63,996 nucleotides of DNA, filler included, from Vicugna vicugna (GCA_013265495.1; 80 parts of 77 records of this genome joined end to end with filler, not necessarily neighbours in it); one strand, 5' to 3'; counted from the first letter of the whole stretch, positions 1 to 12,730 are shown. Notes: generated by a model not told the origin, from the sequence alone. Translations and numbers: made by a program.

Positions 1-784
1 AAGGTCAGGGAAGGTATTTCTCGGACTTCCCCTAACAGGGAACAGATGTGACTGAACAGAGCTGTGTAGAGTTGTCTCTCGAGCTCCCCCACGCACTGAA
101 AATTTTTCCGGAATCCTGAGCGTGTGGAGATACCACCAACGGTCGGTAGCGCGTGGGTTCTAACGGAATGCCTAAGCTCGTCTCCCCTGAGGGTTTTCCT
201 AACATTTCTGTGCCAGGGAATGCTAGCGGTGATTGCAGGATATCCCAGTGCCCGAGGCTGCATCCCCAAGCTCAGGGAATGTATTTCTCGGATTTCCCAG
301 AACAGGGAAACCCTGTGACTGAAGAGAGCTGCGTGGAGTTGTCTCTCGAGCTCCCCCNNNNNNNNNNNNNNNNNNNNNNNNNNNNNNNNNNNNNNNNNNN
401 NNNNNNNNNNNNNNNNNNNNNNNNNNNNNNNNNNNNNNNNNNNNNNNNNNNNNNNNNNNNNNNNNNNNNNNNNNNNNNNNNNNNNNNNNNNNNNNNNNNN
501 NNNNNNNNNNNNNNNNNNNNNNNNNNNNNNNNNNNNNNNNNNNTCAGGGAAGATATTTCTCGGACTTCCCCGAACAGGGAACACCTGTGACTGAAGTGAG
601 CTGCGTGGAGTTGTCTCTCGAGTTCCCAACGCACTGAAAATTGTTCCGGAATACTAAGCGTGGGGAGGTTCCACCAACGGTCGGCAGCGCGTGGGTTCTA
701 ACGGAATGCCTAAGCTCGTCTCCCCTGAGGGTTTTCTAGAGTCTCTTTGCCAGGGAATGCTAGGGGTGATTGCAGGATATCCCA
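1..784. repeat. 267-bp GC-rich satellite (family S267)
   Basis: Repeating motifs gggttctaacggaatgcctaagctcgtctcccctgagg and gagttgtctctcgagctcccc; reverse complement of the array at 49189-50153. Confidence 0.95.
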
Positions 785-884
785 NNNNNNNNNNNNNNNN
801 NNNNNNNNNNNNNNNNNNNNNNNNNNNNTTAATTAATTAANNNNNNNNNNNNNNNNNNNNNNNNNNNNNNNNNNNNNNNNNNNN
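785..884. other. Artificial scaffold-joining spacer (44N-TTAATTAATTAA-44N); first of 79 counted across the window, last at about 63834-63933
   Basis: Identical palindromic 12-mer with TAA stops in all six frames; here it has exactly 44 N on each side (100 bp total); unrelated sequence on either side. Confidence 0.98.
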
Positions 885-1571
885 GGATGGAGGAAGGGCA
901 TTTTAGGCAAAAGGGACAGCATGAGAAAGACAGAGCAAAAATTCTCCAAGGAAAGGAAGAGATTTCCGGTGATGGTAGGAAGTGGTAAGAGAAGCACTTA
1001 GAAAGGTAAATAAGGGGCAGAGAGTCAAGCAGCCCCTAGACCACGCAGGGCACTGGGAAGCCAGGCACAGACTTGAAGGCAGGGAGCAAAGGGGCAGACC
1101 TGCATTTGAGAACTCATTAGGAAGCTGCTGCAGAAATACAGTGACAGGGATAGACAGTGGTATTTGTGGGGGTAAANNNNNNNNNNNNNNNNNNNNNNNN
1201 NNNNNNNNNNNNNNNNNNNNNNNNNNNNNNNNNNNNNNNNNNNNNNNNNNNNNNNNNNNNNNNNNNNNNNNNNNNNNNNNNNNNNNNNNNNNNNNNNNNN
1301 NNNNNNNNNNNNNNNNNNNNNNNNNNNNNNNNNNNNNNNNNNNNNNNNNNNNNNNNNNNNNNNNNNNNNNNNNNNNNNNNNNNNNNNNNNNNNNNNNNNN
1401 NNNNNNNNNNNNNNNNNNNNNNNNNNNNNNNNNNNNNNNNNNNNNNNNNNNNNNNNNNNNNNNNNNNNNNNNNNNNNNNNNNNNNNNNNNNNNNNNNNNN
1501 NNNNNNNNNNNNNNNNNNNNNNNNNNNNNNNNNNNNNNNNNNNNNNNNNNNNNNNNNNNNNNNNNNNNNNN

Positions 1572-1857
1572 AGAACACAAACTTGTGGTTGCTAAGGGGA
1601 GGGGAGTGGGAAGGGACAGACTGGGAGCTCGAAATTTGTAGATACTAACAGGCATATGTACACTAGATAAACAAGATAATACTGTATAGCTCAGGGAGAT
1701 ATATACAAGATCTTGTGGTAGCTCACAGCAAATAAAAATGTGACAATGAATATATGTATGTTCATGTATAACTGGGAAATTGTGCTCTACACTGGAAAAT
1801 GACACAACACTGTAAAGTGACTATAACTCAAAAAACCAAAATGCTAAAAAAAAAAAT
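1572..1857 (+). mobile_element. LINE-1 3' UTR with A-rich tail
   Basis: cttgtggttgctaagggg...actgtatagctcaggga...gactataactc followed by an A-run; homologous to 42722-42940 and 62728-63133. Confidence 0.85.
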
Positions 1858-2097
1858 TTCTGAAGAAGATCTTCAGATTCTCTATTTACATAGGCTTTTA
1901 GGGGGANNNNNNNNNNNNNNNNNNNNNNNNNNNNNNNNNNNNNNNNNNNNTTAATTAATTAANNNNNNNNNNNNNNNNNNNNNNNNNNNNNNNNNNNNNN
2001 NNNNNNGGTCTGAGCTGACATGTACTGTAAGTCAAATGCACATCAGACGCTGAGGCTTATCTAGAAAAAGGAATGTATTCTATCTTGTTACTTTCTA

Positions 2098-2250
2098 TAT
2101 TGATTACATGTCAAAATGATAGTATTTTACATACAGTAGAATAAGTAAGATCGGTTCTTAAAATCATTTTCTAATATTTGTTTTTTTGTTTGTTTGTTTA
2201 ATTTTTAAATGTGGCAACTGGGAAACTTTCTTTACATGGATCTCATCTCA
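2098..2250. mobile_element. MER3/MER33-like (hAT-Charlie) DNA transposon remnant; paralogous copy at about 4043-4210
   Basis: tattgattacatgtcaaaatgatagtatttt...tttttaaatgtggcaactg resembles the MER3/MER33 consensus as I recall it. Confidence 0.5.
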
Positions 2251-2702
2251 TTTCTGTTGGGCAGCCTGTCCTGGGACAGTCTCATCCCTTTGCTTATAGA
2301 TGAGATGCTGAATCCCGAGACGCAGAACGAGGCNNNNNNNNNNNNNNNNNNNNNNNNNNNNNNNNNNNNNNNNNNNNNNNNNNNNNNNNNNNNNNNNNNN
2401 NNNNNNNNNNCCAGGTTAGGAGAAACACCGCCAGAGACTTCCGAGTGAACTCCTTATGCAGGGAATGTTGTGTCACGGAGTATGGGACAGAGCAGGGAAA
2501 GGTTCCTCCTCACTTTGCCCCTGTGATTATATCAAAGGCCTCACTTTGCCTCGGAAATGCAGACGAGCTCTTCTGGGCAGCCTACCCCCTCACCCTCTGC
2601 TCNNNNNNNNNNNNNNNNNNNNNNNNNNNNNNNNNNNNNNNNNNNNTTAATTAATTAANNNNNNNNNNNNNNNNNNNNNNNNNNNNNNNNNNNNNNNNNN
2701 NN

Positions 2703-3880
2703 GGATATCCTACAATCACCCCTAGCATTCCCTAGCACAGAGACATTTGGAAAATATTCAGGGGAGACGAGCTTAAGCACTCCGTTAGAACCCACGCGCT
2801 GCCGAAAGTTGGTGGAACCTCCCAATGCTCAGGATTCCGGAACCATTGTCAGTGCGTGGGGGAGCTCGAGAGACAACTCCACGCAGCTGTCTTCATTCAC
2901 AGGATTTCCCAGTACGGGGAATTCCGGGAAATAGCTTCCCTGACCTTGGGGANNNNNNNNNNNNNNNNNNNNNNNNNNNNNNNNNNNNNNNNNNNNNNNN
3001 NNNNNNNNNNNNNNNNNNNNNNNNNNNNNNNNNNNNNNNNNNNNNNNNNNNNNNNNNNNNNNNNNNNNNNNNNNNNNNNNNNNNNNNNNNNNNNNNNNNN
3101 NNNNNNNNNNNNNNNNNNNNNNNNNNNNNNNNNNNNNNNNNNNNNNNNNNNNNNNNNNNNNNNNNNNNNNNNNNNNNNNNNNNNNNNNNNNNNNNNNNNN
3201 NNNNNNNNNNNNNNNNNNNNNNNNNNNNNNNNNNNNNNNNNNNNNNNNNNNNNNNNNNNNNNNNNNNNNNNNNNNNNNNNNNNNNNNNNNNNNNNNNNNN
3301 NNNNNNNNNNNNNNTTAGAACCCATGCCGACCGTTGGTGGAACCTCGGCACGCTCAGGATTCCGGAACAATTGTCAGTGCGTGGGGGAGATCGAAAGACA
3401 ACTCCACGGAGCTCTCTTCAGTCACAGATGTTTCCTCTTTGGGGAAGTCCGAGAAATACCTTCCCTGAACTTGGGAAGGCAGCCTCTGTCACTGGGATAT
3501 CCTGCAATCACCCCTAGCATTCCCTGGCACAGAGACATTAGGAAAACCCTCAGGGGAGACGAGCTTAGGNNNNNNNNNNNNNNNNNNNNNNNNNNNNNNN
3601 NNNNNNNNNNNNNNNNNNNNNNNNNNNNNNNNNNNNGTGGGGGAGCTCGAGAGATATCTCCACGCAGCTCTCTTCAGTCACAGGTGTTCCCTGTTCGGGG
3701 AAGTCCGGGAAATAACTTCCCTGAACTTGGGGAGGCAGGCTCTTCACTGGGAAATCCTGCAAACACCCCTAGCATTCCCTGGCACAGACACATTAGGAAA
3801 AACCTCAGGGCATACGAGCATAGGCATTCCGTTACAACCCACGCACTGTCGACCGTTGGTGGAACCTCCCCACGCTCAGG
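2703..3880. repeat. S267 satellite (gapped)
   Basis: Monomer motifs cattccctggcacagagacattaggaaaaccctcaggggagacgagc and ggtggaacctccccacgctcagg. Confidence 0.95.
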
Positions 3881-4589
3881 NNNNNNNNNNNNNNNNNNNN
3901 NNNNNNNNNNNNNNNNNNNNNNNNTTAATTAATTAANNNNNNNNNNNNNNNNNNNNNNNNNNNNNNNNNNNNNNNNNNNNAATGCTCATCAGACGCTGAG
4001 GCTTGTCTAGTAAAAGTATATAAACCATCTTGTTACTTCCTATATTGACTACATGTCAAAATAATAGAATTTTACATACAGTAGATTAAGTAAGATCTGT
4101 TCTTAAAATCAGTTTCTAGTATTTTTTTTTTGTTGTTGGTTGATTGGTTTCTTTGTTTACCGTTTTAATTGTGGCAACTTGGAAACTTCCTTTACATGGC
4201 TCCCATTTCATTTCTCTTGGGCAGCCTGTCCTGAGACAGTCTCATCCCTTTGCTTATAGATGAGATGCTGAATCCCGAGAGGCAGCGCTGGTTGAGCTGG
4301 GGATGGAGCCGGTGTCTACAGGCCCAGAACTTGATTGGCTCAGGCCGTCTCTTCCTGCCCGACAGCCAGCATGCCAATTTAGGACATCAGAAACACCGCC
4401 ATGGACTTCCGAATGAACTCCTTATGCAGGGAAAGACATATCATGAAGTATGGGACAGAGCAGGGAAATATTCATCCTCACTTTGTCCCNNNNNNNNNNN
4501 NNNNNNNNNNNNNNNNNNNNNNNNNNNNNNNNNTTAATTAATTAANNNNNNNNNNNNNNNNNNNNNNNNNNNNNNNNNNNNNNNNNNNN

Positions 4590-5335
4590 ATTACATATCC
4601 CTAGGGTAGAATTATGCCCAAAAGGATTTTTCTGGGATCAAAGTGTGATTCTGGAACTGGTGATAGGAAGAAGCTACGAAGTCAAAGTAAATATTTCAGA
4701 GTGCATATATAACATGTTTGGTGGTTGAAATATCAGTCATGCGCATGTTCACAACTCAGAAATGCATGTTTGCATCATCCGTGATGCATGAAACATGTTC
4801 GTAATACGGAATGCCATGGTTATGTAAACAATGCAAATTACATGTGTATTGGTGAGATTTCGAACAAAGAGTGTTTTCTGGTGCCAAATGTCCGATTTTA
4901 GAACCTGGTGATAGAAAAAACTATGAAGTCCGAGTAAATATTTCTAAGCCTATATACGCCATGTTTGGTGGATGAAAGGTCAGTAATCCACATGCTCACA
5001 ATCCAGAAACATATGATTGCCGAATTCGTCATACATGTAGCATGTACGGAACCCAGAATGTCATGTTGTTGGAATTCATGTAAATTACACATCTGTAAGG
5101 TGGAAATCGCTCGAGAACAATCTTTCTGTGAAAAATGCATGAATTCGAACTTGGTGTTAGGAAAGTTTGTGAAAAATTTGTGAAAACGTTTACACGGGTG
5201 TAGATGAAAATATTCCTTTTATACAGGATGAAAGATTAGTAATCCACATGCTCTCAACTCAGGAAAGCATGTTTGTCAAATCAGTCCTGTATGTAACATT
5301 TAATGAAAACGGAATATCATGTAGTTGGAATGTAT
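4590..5335. repeat. AT-rich satellite, trimeric higher-order repeat of 247-bp subunits (S247-HOR)
   Basis: The attaca(t/c) anchor recurs at 4590, 4837 and 5084 (247-bp spacing); adjacent subunits are diverged, but the same order recurs at 25878-26671. Confidence 0.93.
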
Positions 5336-5435
5336 NNNNNNNNNNNNNNNNNNNNNNNNNNNNNNNNNNNNNNNNNNNNTTAATTAATTAANNNNNNNNN
5401 NNNNNNNNNNNNNNNNNNNNNNNNNNNNNNNNNNN

Positions 5436-6307
5436 TATTTTATATTGTAAATTCCGTGTTCTACATTCCATGTTCTATATGCTGGGTTCTATCTTGTCTA
5501 TACTATATTCTATATTTTGTGTTCATAATTCTATGTTGTATATTCTATATTCTGCATTCCGTAGTCTATATTCTATATTCTGTGTTCTACATTCTAAATT
5601 CTAAATTCTATATTCAGTATTCTCTATTCTATATTCTAAATTCTGTGTTCAGCATTCCATGTTCTAAATTTTGTTTTCTATATTCTGTATTCTATATAAT
5701 ATATTCTGTGTTCTACATTCTATATTCTAAGTTCTATATTCAGTATTCTGTATTCTATATTCTAAATTCTGTGTTCTACATTCTATATTCTANNNNNNNN
5801 NNNNNNNNNNNNNNNNNNNNNNNNNNNNNNNNNNNNNNNNNNNNNNNNNNNNNNNNNNNNNNNNNNNNNNNNNNNNNNNNNNNNNNNNNNNNNNNNNNNN
5901 NNNNNNNNNNNNNNNNNNNNNNNNNNNNNNNNNNNNNNNNNNNNNNNNNNNNNNNNNNNNNNNNNNNNNNNNNNNNNNNNNNNNNNNNNNNNNNNNNNNN
6001 NNNNNNNNNNNNNNNNNNNNNNNNNNNNNNNNNNNNNNNNNNNNNNNNNNNNNNNNNNNNNNNNNNNNNNNNNNNNNNNNNNNNNNNNNNNNNNNNNNNN
6101 NNNNNNNNNNNNNNNNNNNNNNNNNNNNNNNNNGTCTATATTCTCTGTGTTATACATTTTATATACTAATTTGTATATTCAGTATTCTGTATTCTATATT
6201 CTAAATTCAGTGTTCTGCATTCCATGTTCAAATTTCGGGTCCTATATACTCTATTCTATATCCTATATACAGTGTTCTACATTTTATATTCTGTATTATA
6301 TATTCTG
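5436..6307. repeat. Heptamer-based satellite (TATTCTA/AATTCTG/TGTTCTA/CATTCCA units)
   Basis: Continuous 7-bp periodicity, e.g. tattcta tattctg tgttcta cattcta aattcta. Confidence 0.95.
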
Positions 6308-6408
6308 NNNNNNNNNNNNNNNNNNNNNNNNNNNNNNNNNNNNNNNNNNNNTTAATTAATTAANNNNNNNNNNNNNNNNNNNNNNNNNNNNNNNNNNNNN
6401 NNNNNNNA

Positions 6409-7442
6409 CCTGCATCTACACCTAAGGACATAGCAGCCTCAAGGGCAAGACTGAGACTTGTCTGCAGACTGAGGCAGATAGGAACATACTGGCTGTTTCC
6501 TCAGAGAACTTGTTTGACAAGACAAACAAGGAGCTGGATTTTGGCCCAGCCCAGGTACAGGGCTGTTCCTCAGTCTTACCTGAGCCCACTTCTGATTTGC
6601 AGACCTGAGGCAGAGCGCATACTGGCACAGAGCAGCAGAGCGATCGGCAACATGAGGGCGCGGGTGGCCCCTCAACTTTTGAGCTGGAATGCAGCCCCTG
6701 ACCATGGTGCTGGGAGAGGGCGTGATGCACAATCCAGCCTGGTCAGTCTGCAACATCTGACTGCAGCATCGAGCAGGGCAGTGACAAGCCAGCCCACAGT
6801 AAAATGAGCTGAACTTGACCCAGTGTTGGGTGTAGGAGCGATCTGCTTGACAACATGCCCTGGGAGCAGCAAAGATGAGGGCTCCAATGGAGGGCCTCTG
6901 GAAACAGCAAGCTGAGCTTCCAAAACAGGATGAATATAGAAAGACTTCACATTAAAAGTACACAGTCTCCAGGAGGACACAACCACCATCTTGTTTTAAT
7001 CTGTTTTTACCGGTTCCATTTTCTATTACCCTCTTAATTTTTATTTCTTAGGCAATTATATATACCNNNNNNNNNNNNNNNNNNNNNNNNNNNNNNNNNN
7101 NNNNNNNNNNNNNNNNNNNNNNNNNNNNNNNNNNNNNNNNNNNNNNNNNNNNNNNNNNNNNNNNNNTCTCTCTCTTTTTTCTCTTTTCTAAGTTGTATAA
7201 CTACATAGGCATTAGGTAGATAAACTACTTTAGGACCACAGTAGGTAACTGATACTCCATAAACCACAGTGCCAGAGAGTTAGTAGAAAATTGAAGAAGC
7301 AGAGAAACCATTCCCAATTTAAGATCAAGGGAAATCCCCTGAAAGAACGATCAGTGAAACAGACATTTATAGCCAATTAGATCAAGATTCCAAAAATGGA
7401 GTGATCAAAGTACTGAAGTAAATAAAAGTGATAGTGTTTAGA
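6409..7442 (+). mobile_element. LINE-1 5' UTR and decayed start of ORF1
   Basis: From 7291: TTG-KKQRNHSQ, frameshift, DQGKSPERTISETDIYSQLDQDSKNGVIKVLK*, which resembles a laurasiatherian L1 ORF1 N-terminus; the upstream part is homologous to 13459-13991. Confidence 0.75.
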
Positions 7443-7542
7443 NNNNNNNNNNNNNNNNNNNNNNNNNNNNNNNNNNNNNNNNNNNNTTAATTAATTAANN
7501 NNNNNNNNNNNNNNNNNNNNNNNNNNNNNNNNNNNNNNNNNN

Positions 7543-8402
7543 TCAGTGCGTGGGGGAGATCGAGAGAAAACTCCACGCAGCTCTTTTTAGTCACAGGTGC
7601 TCCCTGTTCGGGGAAGTATGAGGAATACCTTCCCTGACTTTGGGGATGCAGCCTCTGTCACTGGGATATCCTGCAAACCCCACTAGCAATCCCTGGCACA
7701 GAGACATTAGGAAAACCCTCAGGGGAGACGAGCTTAGGCATTCCGTTAGAACCCACGCTCTGCCGAACGTTGGTGGAACCTCCCCACGCTCAGGATTCCG
7801 GGACAATTGTCAGTGCGTGGGGGAGCTCGAGAGACAGCTCCACGCAGCTCTCTTTACTCACTTGTGTTCCCAATACTTTGAAGTCCGTGAAATAACTTCC
7901 CTGATCTTGGGGAGGCAGCCTCTGTCACTGGGATATCCTGCAAACCACTCCAGCATTCCGTGGCACAGAGACATTAGGAAAACACAGAGGGGAGACGAGC
8001 TTAGGCATTCCGTTAGAACCCAAGCGCTGCCGACCGTTAGTGGAAATCAGGATTCCGGGACTATTGTCACTGCGTGGGGAACTGGAGAGAAATCTCCACG
8101 CAGCTCTCTTTACTCACTTGTGTTCCCAATACTTTGAAGTCCGTGAAATAACTTCCCTGATCTTGGGGAGGCAACCTCTGTCACTGGGATATCCTGCAAA
8201 CCACTCCAGCATTCCGTGGCATAGAGACATTAGGAAAACCCTCAGGGGAGACGAGCTTAGGCATTCCGTTAGAACCCACGCGCTGCCGACCGTTGGAGGA
8301 ACCTCCCCACGCTCAGGATTCCGGGACTATTGTCACTGCGTGGGGAACTCGAGAGAAATCTCCACGCAGCTCTTTTCTGTCACAGGTGTTCCCTGTTCGG
8401 GG
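7543..8402. repeat. S267 satellite, about 3 monomers including a variant subtype
   Basis: Tandem monomers; the variant motif cttgtgttcccaatactttgaagtccgtg occurs at 7861 and 8117. Confidence 0.96.
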
Positions 8403-8502
8403 NNNNNNNNNNNNNNNNNNNNNNNNNNNNNNNNNNNNNNNNNNNNTTAATTAATTAANNNNNNNNNNNNNNNNNNNNNNNNNNNNNNNNNNNNNNNNNN
8501 NN

Positions 8503-8975
8503 GTCTCTGTGCCAGAGAATGCTAGGGGGGTTTGCAGGATATCCCTGGGGGTGTGTCTCCCTCCCCATGTGAGGGAAGTTATTTCTCGGAATCCCCGAAC
8601 AGGGAACACCTGTGACTGGAGAGAGCTGCGTGGAGTTTTCTCTCAAGAACCCCCACGCACTGACAATGGTTCCGGAATCCTGAGCATGGGGAGGTTCCAC
8701 CAACGGTCGGCAGCGGGTGGGTTCTATCGGAATGCCTAAGCTCGTCTCCCCTGAGGGTTTTCCTAATGTCTCTGTGCCAGGGAATGNNNNNNNNNNNNNN
8801 NNNNNNNNNNNNNNNNNNNNNNNNNNNNNNNNNNNNNNNNNNNNNNNNNNNNNNNNNNNNNNNNNNNNNNNNNNNNNNNNNNNNCACCTGTGACAGAGCA
8901 TCGTGGAGTTGTCTCTGGAGTTCCCCAACACACTAACAATGTTTCCGGAATCCTGAGCTTCGGGAGGTTCCACCA
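8503..8975. repeat. S267 satellite
   Basis: Reverse-orientation monomer motifs. Confidence 0.93.
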
Positions 8976-9075
8976 NNNNNNNNNNNNNNNNNNNNNNNNN
9001 NNNNNNNNNNNNNNNNNNNTTAATTAATTAANNNNNNNNNNNNNNNNNNNNNNNNNNNNNNNNNNNNNNNNNNNN

Positions 9076-9691
9076 GCCAATCCCCGCGCTAGCACGGTGC
9101 AGCTCCAATCCCGAGCCCCCACCTCCCGGCACACCGCCCACCTTCCTGGGGCAGGCTGACTTGTAACCCGAGTCCCGCGAACCGCGGGCAGCAGATGCGG
9201 AGGGCTGGTAAGACTGAGGGGGAGTAGGAGGCAAAGTCGCAGGCTCCTGTACAGCAGGAGCCCCAGCCCGAGGGTCCGCGCTTCCGGCGGGAGGAGGAGG
9301 GGAGCGCACGCACAAATACGCGGACGTGGGAGCCCACCCAGAGCGTGTGGAAGCCGGGCGGGAGCGGGGCGCTCCTGCGACCTGCTCCCGAGGAAGAAGG
9401 CGGCCGGGGAACTGGGCCGCCGCTTGCCGTCGCCTCCGCTGCCACCGTCGGGCATGTAAGGGTGTGCTGGTGGGGGAGTGCCGGTCGTGGAACCGGCGGG
9501 TGGGGCCTGGGCTGCGAACCCTAGTGCGTGTGCGAGACGCCGCGGTGGTTCGTGTTGACACCCCACACCTTCACGTTAGTAGTCCCTAAACCCCGCGTCT
9601 GCCGTGCCGTTTGTGTTTGGGTTGGGAAGTCAGGGCAGCCCTGGCTGGTGGGAAGGCGCTGGGCGGACCTGGAACACCTCCGCCCGGTCCT
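9076..9691. promoter_or_regulatory. CpG island, probable promoter/first exon of an unidentified gene
   Basis: Very GC- and CpG-rich non-repetitive contig with GC boxes (gggcgg), two ccaat motifs, an ETS-like cttccgg and a possible + strand donor (cat|gtaagg near 9455). Confidence 0.65.
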
Positions 9692-9791
9692 NNNNNNNNN
9701 NNNNNNNNNNNNNNNNNNNNNNNNNNNNNNNNNNNTTAATTAATTAANNNNNNNNNNNNNNNNNNNNNNNNNNNNNNNNNNNNNNNNNNNN

Positions 9792-10948
9792 AAAATCCTC
9801 AGGGGAGACGAGCATAGGCATTCCGTTAGAACTCACACGCTGCCGACCATTGGTGGGACCTCCCCACGCTCAGTATTCCAGAAAAATTGTCAGTGCGTCG
9901 GGGAGCTCGAGAGAAAAATCCACGCAGCTCTCTTCAGTCACAGGTGTTCCCTGTTCGGGGAAGTCCGAGAAATAACTTCCCTGACCTTGGGGAGGCAGCC
10001 TCGGTCACTGGGATATCCTGCNNNNNNNNNNNNNNNNNNNNNNNNNNNNNNNNNNNNNNNNNNNNNNNNNNNNNNNNNNNNNNNNNNNNNNNNNNNNNNN
10101 NNNNNNNNNNNNNNNNNNNNNNNNNNNNNNNNNNNNNNNNNNNNNNNNNNNNNNNNNNNNNNNNNNNNNNNNNNNNNNNNNNNNNNNNNNNNNNNNNNNN
10201 NNNNNNNNNNNNNNNNNNNNNNNNNNNNNNNNNNNNNNNNNNNNNNNNNNNNNNNNNNNNNNNNNNNNNNNNNNNNNNNNNNNNNNNNNNNNNNNNNNNN
10301 NNNNNNNNNNNNNNNNNNNNNNNNNNNNNNNNNNNNNNNNNNNNNNNNNNNNNNNNNNNNNNNNNNNNNNNNNNNNNNNNNNNNNNNNNNNNNNNNNNNN
10401 NNNNNNNNNNNNNNNNNNNNNNNNNNNNNNNNNNNNNNNNNNNNNNNNNNNNNNNNNNNNNNNNNNNNNNNNNNNNNNNNNNNNNNNNNNNNNNNNNNNN
10501 NNNNNNNNNNNNNNNNNNNNNNNNNNNNNNNNNNNNNNNNNNNNNNNNNNNNNNNNNNNNNNNNNNNNNNNNNNNNNNNNNNNNNNNNNNNNNNNNNNNN
10601 NNNNNNNNNNNNNNNNNNNNNNNNNNNNNNNNNNNNNNNNNNNNNNNNNNNNNNNNNNNNNNNNNNNNNNNNNNNNNNNNNNNNNNNNNNNNNNNNNNNN
10701 NNAAGCAGCTCTCTACATTCACAGGGGTTCCCTGTTCGGGGAAGTCCGAGAAATACCTTCCCTGTGATTGGGGAGGCAGCCTCGGTCTCTGGGATATCCT
10801 GCAATCACCCCTAGAATTCCCTGGCACCGAGACATTAGGAAAACCCTCAGGGAAGAGGAGCTTAGGCATTCCGTTTGAACCCACGAGCTGCCGAACGTTG
10901 GTTGAACCTCCCCACTCTCAGGATTCCTGAAAAATTGTCAGTGCGTGG
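9792..10948. repeat. S267 satellite (gapped)
   Basis: Monomer motifs at both ends of the scaffold. Confidence 0.93.
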
Positions 10949-11184
10949 NNNNNNNNNNNNNNNNNNNNNNNNNNNNNNNNNNNNNNNNNNNNTTAATTAA
11001 TTAANNNNNNNNNNNNNNNNNNNNNNNNNNNNNNNNNNNNNNNNNNNNAAAGAGAGACCGCAGCGTCCATGGTGGCAGCAAGTTGCGGAGCTAAAATACA
11101 ATTCAAATCCTGGTACCTTGCACACTTGTCCTCAGTATAAAGGCAAAAAATAAATAAAATAATACTATGTAAACCATACACATT

Positions 11185-11490
11185 GCTGAAAAAAATTAAA
11201 GAATACCTAAATACCTGGAAAGACACACCACGCAGATTCCTGGATCAGATGACAGCATTCTTGGGATGGCAGTGCTCATCTTGGGATGGCAGTGCTCCCC
11301 AGAGTGAAGCACACATACAACGTGGTCTCGATCACAATCCCAGCGGGCTCCTCTGCAATAACTGACTAGCTTCTGCTACAATTCATATGGGAATTCGAGG
11401 GTCTCAGTAACCAAAACTTACTTGAAAGAGTAGAACAAAGTGAGAGGACTTGTAATTCTCAATTTCAAACATTACAACTGTATCTACAAG
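11185..11490 (+). mobile_element. Old LINE-1 ORF2 fragment
   Basis: LKKIKEYLNTWKDTP resembles L1 ORF2 LKEIKEDLNKWKDIP; downstream gaacaaagtgagaggacttgtaattctcaatttcaaac. Confidence 0.65.
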
Positions 11491-12049
11491 TGAGATTAGA
11501 GGCCATTTTTAAGTTATTATTGTGTTTATCCTTATTTTCTAAATTCTGTACAACGAATATACCTGTTAGAATAAGAAAAATAAAAAGTAAGGTATCTTTT
11601 AAAACATGCACACCGATTCATTCATTGGGGAAAAATTATTTTAACTATAAGGAAGTAAACAAATATCTAGGAAAAAAGGACTACTTAAAAACAAGTGTGC
11701 ATTTACAATTTTCATAAATTGAAAATTTAAAAGCACAAACACATCAAGTTTCTAGGGAGACAGGTGAAACATATTAATAATTATTTTCAAAAATTCTAAT
11801 TGCACAATGAAAACACAAGAAAGGGAAAATCGTGATTGACAGGCAACTGTGAACACGTGGAGAGCAAAGGTCTTGAAATCACTGTTCCTTTAACTCTGCT
11901 ACTAGCTCAATAGGAGNNNNNNNNNNNNNNNNNNNNNNNNNNNNNNNNNNNNNNNNNNNNTTAATTAATTAANNNNNNNNNNNNNNNNNNNNNNNNNNNN
12001 NNNNNNNNNNNNNNNNACTTCTGCAGTAGGAACCACAGCTGTGCTTTTG

Positions 12050-12730
12050 TTTTAAACCCAGCGTCCTCCCTTATGGAAATTTGTAGTGAAATGGACAGAC
12101 CTGGCCAAAGGCGGTTCATGCTTCCATTAAATATACATGTCAATGGTCATTATGGGGGACTTTAGAAAACCTCAAACTTACTTTTCTTAAAACCAAGTTG
12201 GCGAACTTTGAGAAATCTTCAAAATTTAATGGAAAACCTATTTCCCTCATTATTCTGTGCCTTAGAAACTTGTTTAGGAACCTTAAGTTACCTGTCCTAA
12301 AACGTGATCATAAGATTAACGAGGCAAACAAGGACTAAGGAAAGAAAACAGGGCCTCTGAAGCCCGGGCTCCCCTTCCCTGGGCTGTGTGTCTCAGGCTT
12401 CCCTCCAGCACCAATGCCTCCCTCCCCTCTTACTCCTGCACCTCCTCTGTACCCTCAGGTCTTCCACAGTCAGTGTCTCCACAAACTTCCCACTTCCTCT
12501 GAAATTCTCCCCATATTCTATGCCTCCAACTTGTCAGGTCTTGTTATCTTAAACTTCATCCTTATGAGGACCCAGAGGACCATCTCCTCATTTCTTTTTT
12601 TTTGTTTTTTTCTGGACTAAAGCTGAATTGTTGTCCAAGATTTTCCAAACCAACGTTCCTCACAGAGTAATTTAATGTGGCCACTCAGAGTCTTCAGCCC
12701 AGCTTCTCTGACTTACATCGTCCTGGTCCT
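12050..12730 (+). mobile_element. Degraded class I ERV gag fragment
   Basis: Remnants QWSLWGTL..KLTFL, a Pro-rich segment (PPSPLTPAPPLYPQ), WTKAEL..DFP and QPSFSDL resemble ERV1 gag of the PWTKAELRAIVKDFP type; many frameshifts. Confidence 0.6.

Noticed and set aside
5456..6169. Tyr/Ile/Ser/Phe-rich membrane-like ORFs (also 17790, 32414, 32767, 58751)
   Set aside because: Translations of the heptamer satellite.
7739..7760. Possible CENP-B box in S267 (ttccgttagaacccacg) or S247-mono (ttcgttcatcc...cggg)
   Set aside because: Neither fits the required TTCG-N4-A-N2-CGGG spacing on either strand at the sites I inspected.
9024..9743. Overlapping Pro/Arg/Gly-rich ORFs in the CpG island
   Set aside because: Expected from stop-codon scarcity at high GC; mostly non-ATG starts and no recognisable homology.
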